From NCBI RefSeq assembly GCF_001194135.2, contig NC_068984.1, positions 40,092,852-40,156,851 on the forward strand: a DNA stretch of 64,000 nucleotides, given 5' to 3'. The stretch's first letter is position 1, and every line of letters begins with the position of its first letter. This document shows, one piece after another, positions 40,226 to 53,875 of the stretch. The notes under the pieces are model-generated. The model was not told the origin of the DNA. It did no database searches and saw nothing but the letters and a program-made list of their open reading frames with translations. The position numbers were made by a program, and so were the translations under genes. The stretch is from Octopus bimaculoides. Its lineage: Eukaryota.

Positions 40226-40259
40226 AGGTTTAGTCAGGGAAAAGAGCTGCATGCAAGGC

Positions 40260-40760
40260 CTTTGCAGGTTCTCTAAGCCTGGTGAAATTGATGAGGTTGA
40301 GTCCATCTGAAACAAATGCATGAAAAATATTGGTGGTGAGGAAGTTCTGAATAGATGGTACTTTGAAAAGGAAGAATTAGGAAACTGGTTAGTGCATGCC
40401 CAGGGGTAGGAGACGCACAGTATCGGGCATGAAAAGGAGAGTGGGCTTAGATGGTGGTGGTGCTCAATCAGTTGATTCTAAGAAGTAGATGTCATTGTTG
40501 CAGTAATAGAAGAAGCAGAATTACAACACAAAATGTTTGTTGGTTAGAGATTGAAGTGTGTTTGTGGGTAACTTCATGCCAGTCAGTTGGGTAGCTTTTT
40601 TTATATGGTCAAGGATGTTTCTATGAGCAGCAGCAGCAGCAGTAGTAGTCATAGCATTTCAAATGTGGAATTAGTATTCTATTGTGAGTTTCACTTGAGC
40701 TTTGTAGAAGATCAGCACCTGTTGGAAACTGAAGTATTTTCAAGTCCTGAGGTGGAAGAC
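40260..40760 (-). mobile_element. Degraded CR1/Jockey-group LINE 3' region
   Basis: Minus strand FYKAQVKLTIEY..., LQSLTN..., FCFFYYCNN..., related to 3860-4260. Confidence 0.5.
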
Positions 40761-41296
40761 AAGTCTTTAGAATGCAGTTTTTGCTACATTGTGAAAGCTA
40801 TGTTTCTCAAAACTCAAAGCATTAATTACTGGCTTCAAATTTTGGCTCAAGGTCAGCAATTTTGGGGAAGTGGGTAAGTTGCTTATATTGACCCCTGGTA
40901 CTTATTTTATTGAGCCCTAAGGGATGAATGGTTAAAGCTGACCATGGCAGAAATTGAACTCAGAACATAGACAAAGTGCCACTAAGCATTTTACTTGGCA
41001 TGCTCGCCACCTTATAGGTACTAATTATTGATTGTGTTTAAAACGATATACTTTTCTGCTACTAATTATTGAACTATAAATAGGAGTGAATTTTTTCAGC
41101 AGTGAGGAAACTAAAGAATACAAATTTTTGGTGTTTTTACTTTGCTTGATTCTCAGCACAATGGTTAGAGTAAAGTGTGCATTCAAGACTGTGCTCAGTT
41201 GTTCAGTTCCTTAATCATACAGTTGTATCTTCCTGTACTATTTTAAATTTTATCATTATAACTAAATGGATTTATTTATATTTTATTTCTCTGAAG

Positions 41297-41476
41297 GAGG
41301 CAAAATGCTTCATCCCCTGAGAACACATCTATTCCAAACCATTCTAGACAGCTATCCTGTGCGAATTCACACCCAGATCCTGCCAATATTGAAAATGCAG
41401 TCAACACAGTTTTGGATGGCATGAGTGACCAGGGATATTATGAACAGCAGCATTTAAACCCAAATGAAGATGAGAG
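41297..41476 (+). CDS. RELCH: RELCH poorly conserved linker exon, 180 nt, phase 2-2: (W)RQNASSPENTSIPNHSRQLSCANSHPDPANIENAVNTVLDGMSDQGYYEQQHLNPNEDE(R)
   Basis: Open frame between tttctctgaag and AG|gtaata; phases bridge the flanking exons exactly. Little sequence similarity, so the support is positional. Confidence 0.75.
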
Positions 41477-41662
41477 GTAATAAATTATCCTCTAATTAAT
41501 TTGTCATAATCAGGTGGAGGTGTGATTGTGTGGTAAGAGGTTTGCTTCCTAATCACGTTGTTCTAAGTTCAATCACACTGCATGGCAAGTGTCTTCTACT
41601 ATAGCCGTGGGCTGACCAAAGCCTTCTGAGTAGATTTGGGAGACAAAAACTGAAAGAATCTC

Positions 41663-41697
<35 letters not shown>

Positions 41698-42879
41698 ATG
41701 TGTGTGTGTGTGCGTGCATGTGTGCATGTATGTCTGTGTATTACTCCTTGCCTTGGCATCACATGATAGTTGTAAACAAATGTTACCATCATATCAGCAA
41801 CATCCTTTGGTCTTCCTCTATTAAAACATGTTTGATCTTGGGAAAAATTTTTTTATTTGGAAACAGATTAGGGTTGGCCAGAGGAAGGACATCTGTCTAT
41901 TGAAAATCTATCTCAACAAAATTCTGTCCAATCCATGCAAGCATGGAGAGAAGGATGTTAAATCGACGGTGACCACAACAATGCTGATGATAATGACTTC
42001 GCAATTACTTTTGTTTCAAGTTGTTTCAATTTCATATCAATTAATGCTCATTATTATTTTTTTTTTGTCATTATTTTACTCCCATGTGATATTTTTCTTC
42101 TACAATTGTTTCATAATTTACATACATAGTGTCGGAGTTAGTACTTTTGCAGCTGATATCTTATCAACTCTTCTTAATCACTATTTAAAGCTTGGCAAGC
42201 TGAGGGTACAAGGTAATGCCTATATCAAAGGGTTGTTATTCTTTTTTCTAACAATTTTGAATAAGCTGCCTTTCTTTTTATTTTTCTTAGTTCATTTTAT
42301 TTTTAATTTTGTAAATCATACTGTCCAAAAATTATTCAGAACACTCTTTCTGCATGCAAAAACCTAAGCCAACTGATTGGCAAACTTGAATACACTATAT
42401 TGTACTGATGAGATCTATTAAGTGGAAACATGTTCATAGTTACCCCTTGCCTGCATACAAAAATCAGGTTGTCTTTACCATAGTAAATTAACTTTGAGAA
42501 ATTAATTCTTAATTACCTGAAATTATCTTCCCTTGATAGTTGCTAAGAATTGCCACTAGGCTTTTATTTTATTTTTGCAACTGAGGGAAAAATTTTGCTT
42601 ATGAATATTTTGCATTTAGTACCTCACCTCTTAACTGATTTATTCAAATTCATGCTATTTGTTCATTTTATTTTCTTATTATATAAATTATACTGGCCAA
42701 AAATTATTTATAACTGTTTCTTTATGTGTAAATTTTTTTATTGCTAATCAGCAGCTTGGTTGGATTATATTAGATCTCTAATAGATCAAAACATGTCCTT
42801 TGTTGTCCTTTGCTTCTAAGACAAGATCACACATTCCTCTATGCATGTAAATTACTTATTAATTTCTTGAAATTATCTT

Positions 42880-43036
42880 CTTTCTTTTACTTGTTTAAGT
42901 CTTTGGACTGTGGTCATTCTGGGGCACTGCTTTAAAGGGTTTAGTCAAACAAATAAACCCCATTCCCCTTTTTTTTGCTGAACTGTTAAGTTATGGGGCA
43001 TAAACAAACCAACACTGGTTGTCATGCAGTGGTAGT

Positions 43037-43109
<73 letters not shown>

Positions 43110-43275
43110 GACACATGCGTGATGGGCTTTTTTCAGTGACTGTCTATCAAATCCATTCACAAAGCTTTGGTCAGCCCAAGGCTGTAGTAGAGGATATTTG
43201 CCCAATATACCATGCAGTGGGACTGAACCTAAGACCACATTGTTGGGAAGCATGCTTCTAATCACACAGCCTCAC
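42880..43275 (-). mobile_element. Diverged tRNA-derived SINE, family B, with expanded internal (CA)n
   Basis: Homologous to 46126-46539. Other diverged copies at ~7655-8010, 9415-9610, 17310-17690 (-) and 41513-41720 (+). Confidence 0.7.
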
Positions 43276-44037
43276 CTTTTCTTTGAGAGTCTCTAATGGT
43301 TTTCTTTCTCCAACCAAGCAGGAAATTTCAATACATTATATTTTGCTTATAATATTCAGTATTCCTCTCCTCTACAGTGAAACCTGTTCTGCTCTGGTCC
43401 ATTCTCTCATACTTTTACTCATCTTTTGCCTCTCATTTCCTAGCATAAAGTTACCCCTCTGAAGGTTAGTAATCTCACAAACTGTGTGATGGCCTCACTA
43501 GTGTTGGTTATATGAAAAAAAGGCATCCAGTAAGTACTGTAAAGTGGTTGGCATTAAGAAGGGCATCCAGCCATAGAATTCATGCCAAAGCAGATGCTGG
43601 AGCATGATGCAGTTCTCAGGCCCATTGGATACTGTTAAATCTTTCAACGTATGCCAGCATGGAGGATGGATTTTATATGATGATGATGATTTGTTTTGCA
43701 GATTCTTGATGTGAAAATGTGTGTTTGTGTGTTGAAAGAGCTGTTGTATCTTGAGAGGGTTATTTTGCCAATAAGTAACACACAAACACACATTGTATGT
43801 GTTTTCTATAGGCAAAATGAGAAAATGACCCTCTCGAGTTATGCTTTGACACTTCTAGCTGAAAATGTGGAGGCAGACAAATCAGCAATTGTTAACATTT
43901 AATTCTTGAATAATGAATGCTGGTATTTGTCTCATTTAGTGTAAATGAGACAATGTCACAATGGCTAATTTGGGAAATGTTTGATCATTTATGTAACAGT
44001 AAAAATATTTTTTAACCATATAGCATTTTACTTCTAG

Positions 44038-44116
44038 GACTATACCACCGTCATTTGAAAAGGCTTTGCTAGAAACAACATTGAATTTAATAAAAGACCA
44101 TCGAATAGTATCTGAG
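44038..44116 (+). CDS. RELCH: RELCH exon, 79 nt: TIPPSFEKALLETTLNLIKDHRIVSE
   Basis: cttctag acceptor, GAG|gttagt donor; aligns to human KLSPAFHQALLSFCRMSADSRLGYE. Confidence 0.9.
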
Positions 44117-45149
44117 GTTAGTAAAAATTATGTTTATGAAGATAGCATTTAAATTGCTATTAACTATTATTTTTTTTTAAGTTAAATTTTACCACTAAAA
44201 GTTTTTTTATAACCACTGAAACTAAAAGCATTTTTCAGTGATTTATCAGATTTTTGTATTTTATCTTCTCTTAGTATAAAAATATATTTTTGTGTCCATA
44301 TGATCTCACAAGTATTTCAGACAATATTTTATTTACACTTGTAAAAGATATGAGAAATTGTTTAATGCTGAAATAAAATTGAAAGTATTTTGTTTCAAAT
44401 TAATTTATTACAGATCAAGAGATTTGAATGATTTCATCTTTTTAGTCTACTAAGAATTTTCTAATCAATATAATCAATATATTAATGCTGTTTTTAATAT
44501 GTAAATGATTACCGACATGTATTTATTTCAAGATTATACATTGTAAATCTTAAGATTTATTTATTTGATTGTGCTCTTTTTTTCTCTTGTAAAATGTGAG
44601 GATGGTATCCTCATCTAGCTCAATGAGAACCAGTAACAGTTTTGCTGTTTCATTTTGATAAAGCATGACTCTAAATCTATTTGCATTTAGTATCCCATCT
44701 ATTTACCGCCTCTATTAGTTACTTTCTGCCAAATTATATGAAGGTAAAACATTTTCTTAGTTGCTATCCAGTGGAATATTATCAGAAAGTGAGATATTAG
44801 TCTGATTTACATTTTATCATTTTCTTATCAACTGTCTTTCAAGAATTATATAACATTTATTAGACAAAAAACTGTAAATCATTTTGAAGTATTTGTTGTC
44901 TAGCTCTGGTCAACCATAATGAGACAGATCCATGATCAAAGATATCCTAGCCATGTCCATCCCATCTTTATTCTCTCAGATTATATCATCATCCAATGTT
45001 TCTTTTCAAGATGGTAGTGTGTGATTTGATGGAGATTTAGTTGGTATTTCATGCAGATCAAACCAGTGTTGGCTTGTCATTTTTCTGGGTTTCATATGAT
45101 GATCATCGTTATTGGGTTGAACTGCTTGGATTTGCATGACTCTGATCTT

Positions 45150-46010
45150 CTACCTTTCTGTATCTTCAATGGTGTGTGACAATTATTCTCAGTGACATCC
45201 AGTGTTGTCTGTTAACTGATTGGCATTTGTCTTTACAGGATGACCAATGCATTTCAACCATGTTGAGATGTTGAAAGTAGGGTTCACTTACCAGCTCCCC
45301 TGTACTTCTCCAGCAGTGTCCAGCAAAGAGAACCCCTTTTTCTGTAATGGTGTCTGATACTTAAGGAAGCTAATTGTATAATCTTTCTTTTGGTAAGGTG
45401 TTCTTTCTAGGACTTATTCAAATGGTACAAAGCATGTGCATGTAGGTACCATCCAGCATAGTTTCAAGTTTTTTGGTTTGTGTCCAGATGGAAGAGGCAT
45501 AAAGAAATGCAGATTCAACCACTGTGCAGCAGAAGAATTTCCTTTTAAGATCCTCTGAGAGATTAGATTTCCATATAATGTTGAGATTTTTAAGTACTAC
45601 TGAAGCTTTACTGATTTGTATTTCACCATTTGTCTCTGTTATTTGTGTGTTGCTCCTGAGGTATGTGAAAGAATTTACTGGTTTATTGAGTTTTCAGATA
45701 ATGAGGTGTTTGTTACCTTCTAATTCTGATGAATTTTGATTTTCCAGTGTTAATATGGAGACCATTACCTTCTGCAGCATCTTCCAGATAGTAACTAGGG
45801 TAGTGGCTTCTGAAATCTTATCTGACATTAGGGCTAAGTCAACAGTATAATCTCTGTGTGTTACTGCTGAGGCTTGGTATGTGGAACTTCTTGATTTTGT
45901 GAGGGCAATACCAAGTTCCTTGTGCAGAACGAGAAACATCATATAATATTGTTAAATAACATAAACAGTAAGGATATTTTATATTGAACCAATTCAGTGC
46001 AACATTAAAA
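45150..46010 (-). mobile_element. RTE-like LINE RT/thumb fragment
   Basis: RDYTVDLALMSDKISEAT (degenerate DYADD); FTYLRS...IIWKSNLSEDLKRKFF...VESAFLYASSIWTQTKKLETMLDGTY. Confidence 0.7.
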
Positions 46011-46125
46011 TCTCCAAATTAATTGTGTTGGTGTCCTATGAGTAGAAGAAATATTTGTTTCTATTTTAGGGACTGGCCTCTTCCCTTCAGAAGAATGGAG
46101 AAACATAACAAAGTTGTCTTTTAAA

Positions 46126-46539
46126 TACTCTTACTCTTACTCTCTTTTACTCTTTTACTTGTTTCAGTTATTTGACTGCGGCCATGCTAGAGCACCGCCT
46201 TTAGTCGAGCAAATCGACCCCAGGACTTATTCTTTGGATGCCTAGTACTTATTCTATCGGTCTCTTTTGCTGAACCGCGAAGTTACGGGGACTTAAACAC
46301 ACCACCATCGGTTGTCAAGCGATGTTAGGGGGACAAACACAGACACACAAACATATACACACATATACATATATACGACAGGCTTCTTTCAGTTTCCGTC
46401 TACCAAATCCACTCACAAGGCTTTGGTCGGCCCGAGGCTATAGTAGAAGACACTTACCCAAGGTGCCATGCAGTGGGAATGAACCTGGAACCATGTCGTT
46501 GGTAAGCAAGCTACTTACCACACAGCCACTCCTGCGCCT
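46126..46539 (-). mobile_element. Apparently full-length tRNA-derived SINE, family B, with (AGAGTA)n-like tail
   Basis: Complete head aggcgcaggagtggctgtgtggtaagtagc...ggttccaggttcattccc, body and short-repeat tail. Confidence 0.88.
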
Positions 46540-47340
46540 ATAGATTATTATTTCCAAATGTTTTCTTTATTTATGACAAAATTCTTATGATTGCCTCACA
46601 AAATTCTTATGATTTCTTACAAGAAACAAAAATTGTTGGAATGTACATATTTATTTGTTAAGATGATATTTGCAGAAAAATTAGTGATATGAATTTGCTG
46701 CTGCTACTATTGTGAGTTGCCAAGATGGGTGTGGACTAAAAGGGAAGACAGAGAAAAGATAGGAAGATGACGGTGTTTGAATAAACATATCAAATGATAA
46801 AGAATAGAATAAAAAGATTGAGAAGTTGCAAGAAAATAAATATAAATAGTTTGTTGATTTAATAAGTAAATAATCAAATAGTTGGAGAGAAGCTGGTAAA
46901 AGGTCTGGTAGTTTTCCAAAGAATAAAAAGAATGAAAACAGGAATATAAGCTTAAAATATCTATTCAAAAGAAGAAAATGAACTAAATATCTTTTACTAG
47001 ATACATCATACTGTTATGTTTGCATAAATCTTTACTACAATTAGGAAAAATAAAATTTTCACATAGTTCAACAGTAATTTTCACATAATTCAAGTTCTAT
47101 CTATAATCTAGAAATTTTTCTTCCATATTGTATATGTGTCATCTTGTCCTTTGGGATGTTACAATGGAATTTGATTTTCACCAGATTTGTTTTTTATAAT
47201 TACTTATTCATAGACTTTGAGTAATTCTTCTTTTGCTCTGCATCATTAATATACATATTTTCATTTATTTAGTGGATATTACAAATGTCATGGCCCTTGT
47301 AATCAAAATATATTAATGCATATTTTTTTTTTAATTGCAG

Positions 47341-47439
47341 GTATCAAAGATTTCTGATTCAAATTCTGAAACAATTATTCTAATGTTGGCTCGGTGCTTA
47401 CCTCATATAGTTCCACATGTACTCTTGGCTAGGAGAGAG
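47341..47439 (+). CDS. RELCH: RELCH exon, 99 nt: VSKISDSNSETIILMLARCLPHIVPHVLLARRE
   Basis: ttaattgcag acceptor, GAG|gttggt donor; human VSRIADSEKSVMLMLGRCLPHIVPNVLLAKRE. Confidence 0.95.
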
Positions 47440-47967
47440 GTTGGTTATTTTCTTGTTATGCACATGCTCTCTCTCTCTCTCTCTCCCCCCNNNNNNNNNN
47501 CCTCTCTCTCTCTCTCTCATACACATTTTAAATAATTTGGGTAACTCATTTTAAATACTGATTGAAACCTAATATTAATTACTGAAATATGCTTAAGTTT
47601 TGACAATTTATGTGATAGATGTATTGAATTTTCCTTGGAGATGTTAATAGTTTTTGTGTTTGAATTAATGGATAATATATTAGTTACAACTTTCACCAAA
47701 TATTTCACGTTTAATTGGAAACAGTTTTGGCAAAATAGTAAATATGTGGCTGTTTCATACAGAAATAGTGACATATTTGCTATTTTCCCAAAACATTTCA
47801 GTTAATAATCAAATATATGGTAGAAATCATATCTAATGTTTTGAAATAGTCTTGGGAAAATAGCAGATACCTGAGACAGAATTCATTTATTAATTACATA
47901 TAGTAAATCTAAATATCTCATGGTTGTTGTTTTAGGTGTAATTAACATTTCAATTATTAATTTGCAG

Positions 47968-48080
47968 GAGTTAATACCACTCATTTTGTGCACAACTGTG
48001 TTACATCCAGATGTAAAGGAACGGGACAAGCTTCTTAATATTCTTTTTAATCTAATCAAAAAACCCAATGATGATCAAAG
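47968..48080 (+). CDS. RELCH: RELCH exon, 113 nt: ELIPLILCTTVLHPDVKERDKLLNILFNLIKKPNDDQ(R)
   Basis: tttgcag acceptor, AAG|gtaatg donor; human ELIPLILCTACLHPEPKERDQLLHILFNLIKRPDDEQR. Confidence 0.96.
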
Positions 48081-49399
48081 GTAATGTATATTGTACCATC
48101 TTATAAGTGACTGTGGAATGTAAAATCCTTTTTGATAATTAGATATTATATCTATATTTATTTATGCATAAACATGTATAATTGAGATGTAATTTTAAAA
48201 ATAGTCCATTTGGCACTTTTAGAAAATAAAATTAGTGCTAGACTAATTAGCTATTCCTTTTGTGATAATTAATTTCAGTGGGCTAGTTTGAGGTTGTGAG
48301 ATTTTTTTTTGTTTTTGCTCTGGGACATGATAAAACAGTACACTAGTAATGGGAAATGACCTTTCAGCCTTTGACCAATAGTTTCCTTATCCATTCAGCT
48401 ATCATGACTCTCCTACATGTCAATGATGTAAGTATAGATGAACATTAAATAGATTAGAGGATAAATATAGTTACATCATCTTGGCGGGTGCAGAGGGGTT
48501 GGCATGGGATCACCAGTCGGAAGGCATTGGTGAACCTAGTTGGTTTTACACGTGATGATGTCACTGAAACCTCTAACCTGGAAAGACCCCAGCCCCATAA
48601 AGCAGGAACTGAGCTGAGCTGATACATATAGTTAGAACCATAGATAAAGATCAAAATTGTCTTCTCAAAAAGACAACCATACCACCCTGTGTACTAGAAT
48701 TTCTTCAAAGTATTTTGAATTCCTTTACAAAACTAGCTTGATGTGGTTTTGATTCCATGATTATTAATGGTTCAAGATGAAAATTTATATAGTTGATCAG
48801 AATTCTCTCTTAGATTTTCTTTTCTTTAATCTGATTTTTCCTCTTTCTCTACTGATGTTATATCATACGGAAAATTCATGATTGTATTCCTTATCAAAAC
48901 AAAAACAAATTACTAGTGTAGCTGGAGGTTGTTGGTGGTGATCTCTCCTTTTTCATCCTCCTTTTTGTTATTTGGCAAGCTGACAGAATCATTCATGTGT
49001 CAGATAAAATATTTAAAAGCAATTTTTCTGGCTTTTTATGCTCTGAGTTCAAATTCCATTAAGGTTGACTTTGCCTTTCATCCTTTTGAGGTCAATAAAA
49101 ATATTACATTGACTCCAGTCAAACACCAAGGTGGATGTAATTAACTTACCCTACCCCACTGAAATTGTTGGCATTGTGTCAAAATTTGAAGCCATTATTA
49201 TTGTTTAGTAATGATGGGATTATGTGGTAGAGCATATATACTTGCTGCTTTATGGTATCCAAAGTTCAATTAATCACTGATCTCAGTTAAAATTTTGTTA
49301 AAATCAATTTTACATTTCATTTTGGCTAAAACAGATATAAATGAAACTCTTACAGTTGTTGATTCAGGCGAGTATCTTCTCTCCTTACAAAAGAGATTT

Positions 49400-49688
49400 T
49401 TGGCATATAATGGCTCCTGTGCAGGTGACATGTAAAATACACCATTTCGAGCGTGGCTGTTGCCAGTACCTCCTGACTGGCTTTTGTGCCGGTGGCACGT
49501 AAAAGCACCCACTACACTCTTGGAGTGGTTGGCTTTAGGAAGGGCATCCAGCTGTAGAAACTCTGCCAAATCAGATTGGAGCCTGGTGTAGCCATCTGGT
49601 TCACCAGTCCTCAGTCAAATCGCCCAACCCATGCTAGCATGGAAAGCGGACGTTAAACAATGATGATGATGATGATGATGATGATGAT
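49400..49688 (+). mobile_element. Well-preserved RTE 3'UTR copy with (GAT)n tail
   Basis: High similarity to 21137-21365 and to the reverse complement of 25905-26190. Confidence 0.8.
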
Positions 49689-49840
49689 AAAAATATCTTT
49701 ATTATTATTGTAAATTAAAAAGTAGTATCAATTCACCACTCTGCTAAAGGGGAGAAGAAGAGCTTAAAAGTTTCTTTAATTTGCATTTTGTCTGTTGTCA
49801 ACATAAAAATTCAGTAATTTTTATTTCTTTAAATTTTAAG

Positions 49841-49931
49841 GCAAATGATATTAAGAGGATGTGTGGCTTTTGCAAAACATGTTGGTCCTGCACGTCTGGA
49901 AAATGAACTCCTACCACAATGTTGGGAACAG
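49841..49931 (+). CDS. RELCH: RELCH exon, 91 nt: QMILRGCVAFAKHVGPARLENELLPQCWEQ
   Basis: ttttaag acceptor, CAG|gtaaat donor; human QMILTGCVAFARHVGPTRVEAELLPQCWEQ. Confidence 0.96.
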
Positions 49932-52326
49932 GTAAATAATGTAATAATCTTTAATGTGAGAATAGGACAATTATTTCGTTGTTATTACTGAGAGTATAAG
50001 ACAAGGGAACAATGGCCCATAGTTCATAGCTTAAACAGTTTCCACTAAGTATAAACTACTACCACTTCATGGGATAAAAGACTTGTTCTACTTCATTGCA
50101 GAGGAATAAACATAATTCCAAAATAGTGAGAAAGATTGTTCTCAATTTAATAGCTACATATCTCTCTCCTGAAATTTTTTCCTCTCTTTAAAAATGGACA
50201 TGACATGTTTTAAATCATAAATCTTAGGTCACACTCAACACAACAGTGTATGCTCTAACACCATTTTCCCTACTAAAACAGGGTTAATCTTGCAGGATAG
50301 ATGACAGGATTCTCTGATATGCCCTATCCTCTACATCTTTCCTCATTAACACCCTTGCTCAGATTTCCTCCTTCTCCGTCTTTCTCTACGTCTTTCTTGG
50401 TTTTCCTTTCCATCTTCTTCCCTCCACATTTATTTTCATCATTCCTCTCATCCAGTCACTTTCATGCTTCCTTAGTACATAACATTTTCTCCCCATTTCT
50501 CCTCACAACATCCTTCACTATTTCTATTTCCATTATACTCTGCCATTCGGTTCCTGAAACTTCTTCCATGTCCATATCAGTCTGGCCATGTAGTTGTCAA
50601 ATCTGATTCACCTTCTCCAGTCAACATGTCTCCATGTTTACAAACTAGTTTCTTACCAACGTAGGGAGAGTAAAGTGGGAGAGACAATAGTTGCTCAGGA
50701 AGGCGGGTGGATCATCTCCCTACCTTCTGATCTATTGATCTTTCCTCTTTCCTGAGTAACTTCTGTTTTTCCTGCCTTACCCCCTCTCCATATTGGTATT
50801 TCCCATTAACTGCACCACCACCTTTCTTCATCACTCGCTACATTCACCTTTGCCTTCCCATCTCCGACCATCTGTCACTCTCCTCTTTTACTCTTATGAA
50901 ACTACCTCCCTCTTCCTTCCCTTCATCAATCCACTGATCATACCCCCTCTCATGCTCACCTTTTTGTACCTGGAGTGTTTGCTTTGACACCCATTCACTA
51001 CCATCTTCTCCTCAACTACTCTATCTTACCCTTAGTATCCGTGTATCTCCAACACCTGACACAAAACCAATTTTCTCTCTCAAATACATCCCCTCTTACT
51101 GCATTTCTTTTTCCTTTTTCTGCTCTTTTTCTGTCTTGCAAGTCACCTGGTGATCTCATGAGAAAAGCACCCAGTATACACTGTAAAGTGGTTGGTGTTA
51201 GGAAGGGCATCCAGCCATAGAACTATACCACAGCTGACATTGGAACTTGATGCAGTCCTGTGACTCACTGGATCCTATCAAACCATCCAATCCATTCCAG
51301 CATGGGAAATGGGCATTAAATGATGATGATGATGATGACCTCTATCTTCATGCCATTTTCAAGACCCAGTTCAACATTCTTTCCATCTGCATTTCTGCTA
51401 GATTAGTTCTTTTACACCATTACATTTTTAATCTTTTTACACCATTACATATTTAATGAACCCATACAGCATATATTGTGCATTTAACAGAGTTGGTTCC
51501 AGCATGCTACCTGCACACAATACATGGCTACTTCTCTGTTCTTTCTGCATCATTACAGGCTTTACAATTTCCCATCATCTTCATCTTATGATAGCATGTC
51601 TACAATAAAACAGATTGCCATTGGAAAAAGCTACAATTTCATTATTTTGCAATTCATTTTCTTTATATTATAATATATTTCCTTATATTTTATTCCTTGT
51701 ATTATGTACATGAAGGCTCATTGTTATATTAGTTAGACAGGATGAGGATGATTATAGAGATAATTGGTGTTGTGTATCCCCAATTGGTCCTGAACAAGCA
51801 GACCTATGATCAAAGGTTTTCTGGTGTGACTATCCCATCTTTTTGTATATCTAGGACTACATTATCCAGTACTTCCTTCCATTTTCAAGACAGTAGAATA
51901 TGATTCGATGGATATTCAGCTCCTACTTTTAGCAAGTCAAGTGACCATATAGAGGTTTACTCATGATGGTGGTGGCGACTGAAGTGGCAGTGATGGCAAT
52001 CATGATTATGCCAATCACTATGTTTTTGATGGTCATTTAACTTTGCTCATCATGAAAGGACAATTGAGAATATCCATTCTTCTTTGTAGGCTAGGATGAG
52101 ATGAAGAAGCAGGGTTTATATAATTGCTGGAATGACAGAAAAATGTTACAAGATGCGTGCATATATAATTATTAACCATGAGTTTTGCATCATCTCTTCT
52201 TCTTCTTCTTTGTCTTCGTCTTGTAGTAGTAGTAGTTTAAAATGTACTTTCATTTGACAATTTTTTCCCCATGTTTTATGTCAATCCTTTTCAAGAAATG
52301 ATTTCATCTAATGTCTTTTCTTTCAG

Positions 52327-52398
52327 ATTAGTCATAAATACTCAGAACGAAGACTCCTTGTTGCTGAAGCATGTGGTGCGCTGGCTTCATATCTTCCG
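52327..52398 (+). CDS. RELCH: RELCH exon, 72 nt: ISHKYSERRLLVAEACGALASYLP
   Basis: ttttctttcag acceptor, CCG|gtatat donor; human INHKYPERRLLVAESCGALAPYLP. Confidence 0.96.
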
Positions 52399-52599
52399 GT
52401 ATATATTTAATTAATACGTATAGATGGTTGTGAGAGAGCATGTGTGTGGAGTGGCTTTGATTAATACTCTAGAGCAGTGAGTTTCTGAGGTCCATTATCT
52501 ATGTTCAAAATTTAAAAAGACTATAATGAAAGATCAATAAGTTCTTACAATAACTAGCATATTTATCTTTAATATGTTCCAGCAGATTTTACGTTCTGA

Positions 52600-52674
52600 G
52601 AGGTTGACTTTGCCGAGGTTGACTTTGCCGAGGTTGACTTTGCCGAGGTTGACTTTGCTGAGGTTGACTTTGCT
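52600..52674. repeat. 15-bp tandem repeat GAGGTTGACTTTGCC x5 inside a family A SINE
   Basis: Directly visible. Confidence 0.92.
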
Positions 52675-53734
52675 CTTCATCCTTTTGGGGGTTGATAAAA
52701 TAAATACCAATTGGGTCCCACCCATGCCAGCATGGAAGGTGGATGTTAAATGATAATGATGAGCAGTGGGGTCAATATAATCTACTACCCACCTCCACCA
52801 AAATTGCTGACTGTGTGCCAAAATTTGAAACCAATATGTTCTGGCAGATTCAAACATGAATATGTGAATTGCTGTTGTGTTTGTCACAGGAGAACAACTT
52901 CTCCTTCACAAAAAATGTGTGTTCATAACACCCTCAACCGACTTAGTGTAAAGGACTCTGGCATAACTAGTGTTTCAACATTGTTGTGTCTCATCAGCCA
53001 AAGGCACCTTAGATGAATGAATCTGACAAGAGTTTGAATGTCTTGTTTGTAATTTCAGCAGATAAACTTTTACTGATGTACACTGATACCTGCCAACTGG
53101 TGATATATCACCCTATGCATGGTGAACAGCAAGAATCTTTGACAGAATATGGCAGCAAATAGCAATCCTCAAATCTGCTGGAATGTATTAAGAATAAGTT
53201 TACAAGTCATCATTTTGATTCCTTGTATTCACCATGCATATGATGATTTAATAATTACTTAGTTACACATTTACACATACATTTACACATACCTCTGAAC
53301 TGAGAGATGAATCTGAGAAAACTAGTGTTTTGTTTTTTAATATAACCAGTTTATTGAGTATACAGACCTTTTAAAATCTTGGGAGTCTGTGGGGAAAATC
53401 CATTTAAATAAAAGGGTCTTTGAAATGTAAAGGTTTAAAATCACTACTCTAGAAAAAGTAATAACATTACAATTTACCATATTGCTCTACTTATAAATCT
53501 TGAAAACTTAACTGTATGTAAGATAATTTTGTTTAATTCAGTTGGCTCTGGCGGGTTTCTTTTTAATTTATATTTCTTAATGTTTTTGGGAATAAGCATC
53601 ACAACTTCATATTTTCCCCCTCCACCTGTAAACCTTGATGTATTATGGCAACGTAAAAAATCATTTTATTCATATAATTTACATATAGTCCAATTGTAAA
53701 AAATTATTATCTCTTTTTTTTCTGTCCATTGCAG

Positions 53735-53875
53735 AATGAAATTCGTAGTTCTCTTGTGTTGTCCATGTTGCAACAGATGTTGACTGAGGACAAGGATGAA
53801 GCTGTTCGAGAGGCTGTAGTGAAAAGTCTAGGAATTCTTTTTAGTTTTATCTGTGATACTGATAAATATGGTCAG
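53735..53875 (+). CDS. RELCH: RELCH HEAT exon, 141 nt: NEIRSSLVLSMLQQMLTEDKDEAVREAVVKSLGILFSFICDTDKYGQ
   Basis: ccattgcag acceptor, CAG|gtatgc donor; human KEIRSSLVLSMLQQMLMEDKADLVREAVIKSLG. Confidence 0.96.

Noticed and set aside
41100-41215. AG acceptor-like sites at 41099 and 41156 suggesting an extra exon
   Set aside because: The flanking exons already join in phase (2-2); the donors are weak and the peptide has no similarity.
41828-42367. 179-aa hydrophobic ORF
   Set aside because: Spans a repeat tail and T-rich intron; the composition reflects AT richness.
42398-42445. Another CTGATGA...GAAAC spacing
   Set aside because: No stem II, stem III or stem I pairing, so not a hammerhead.
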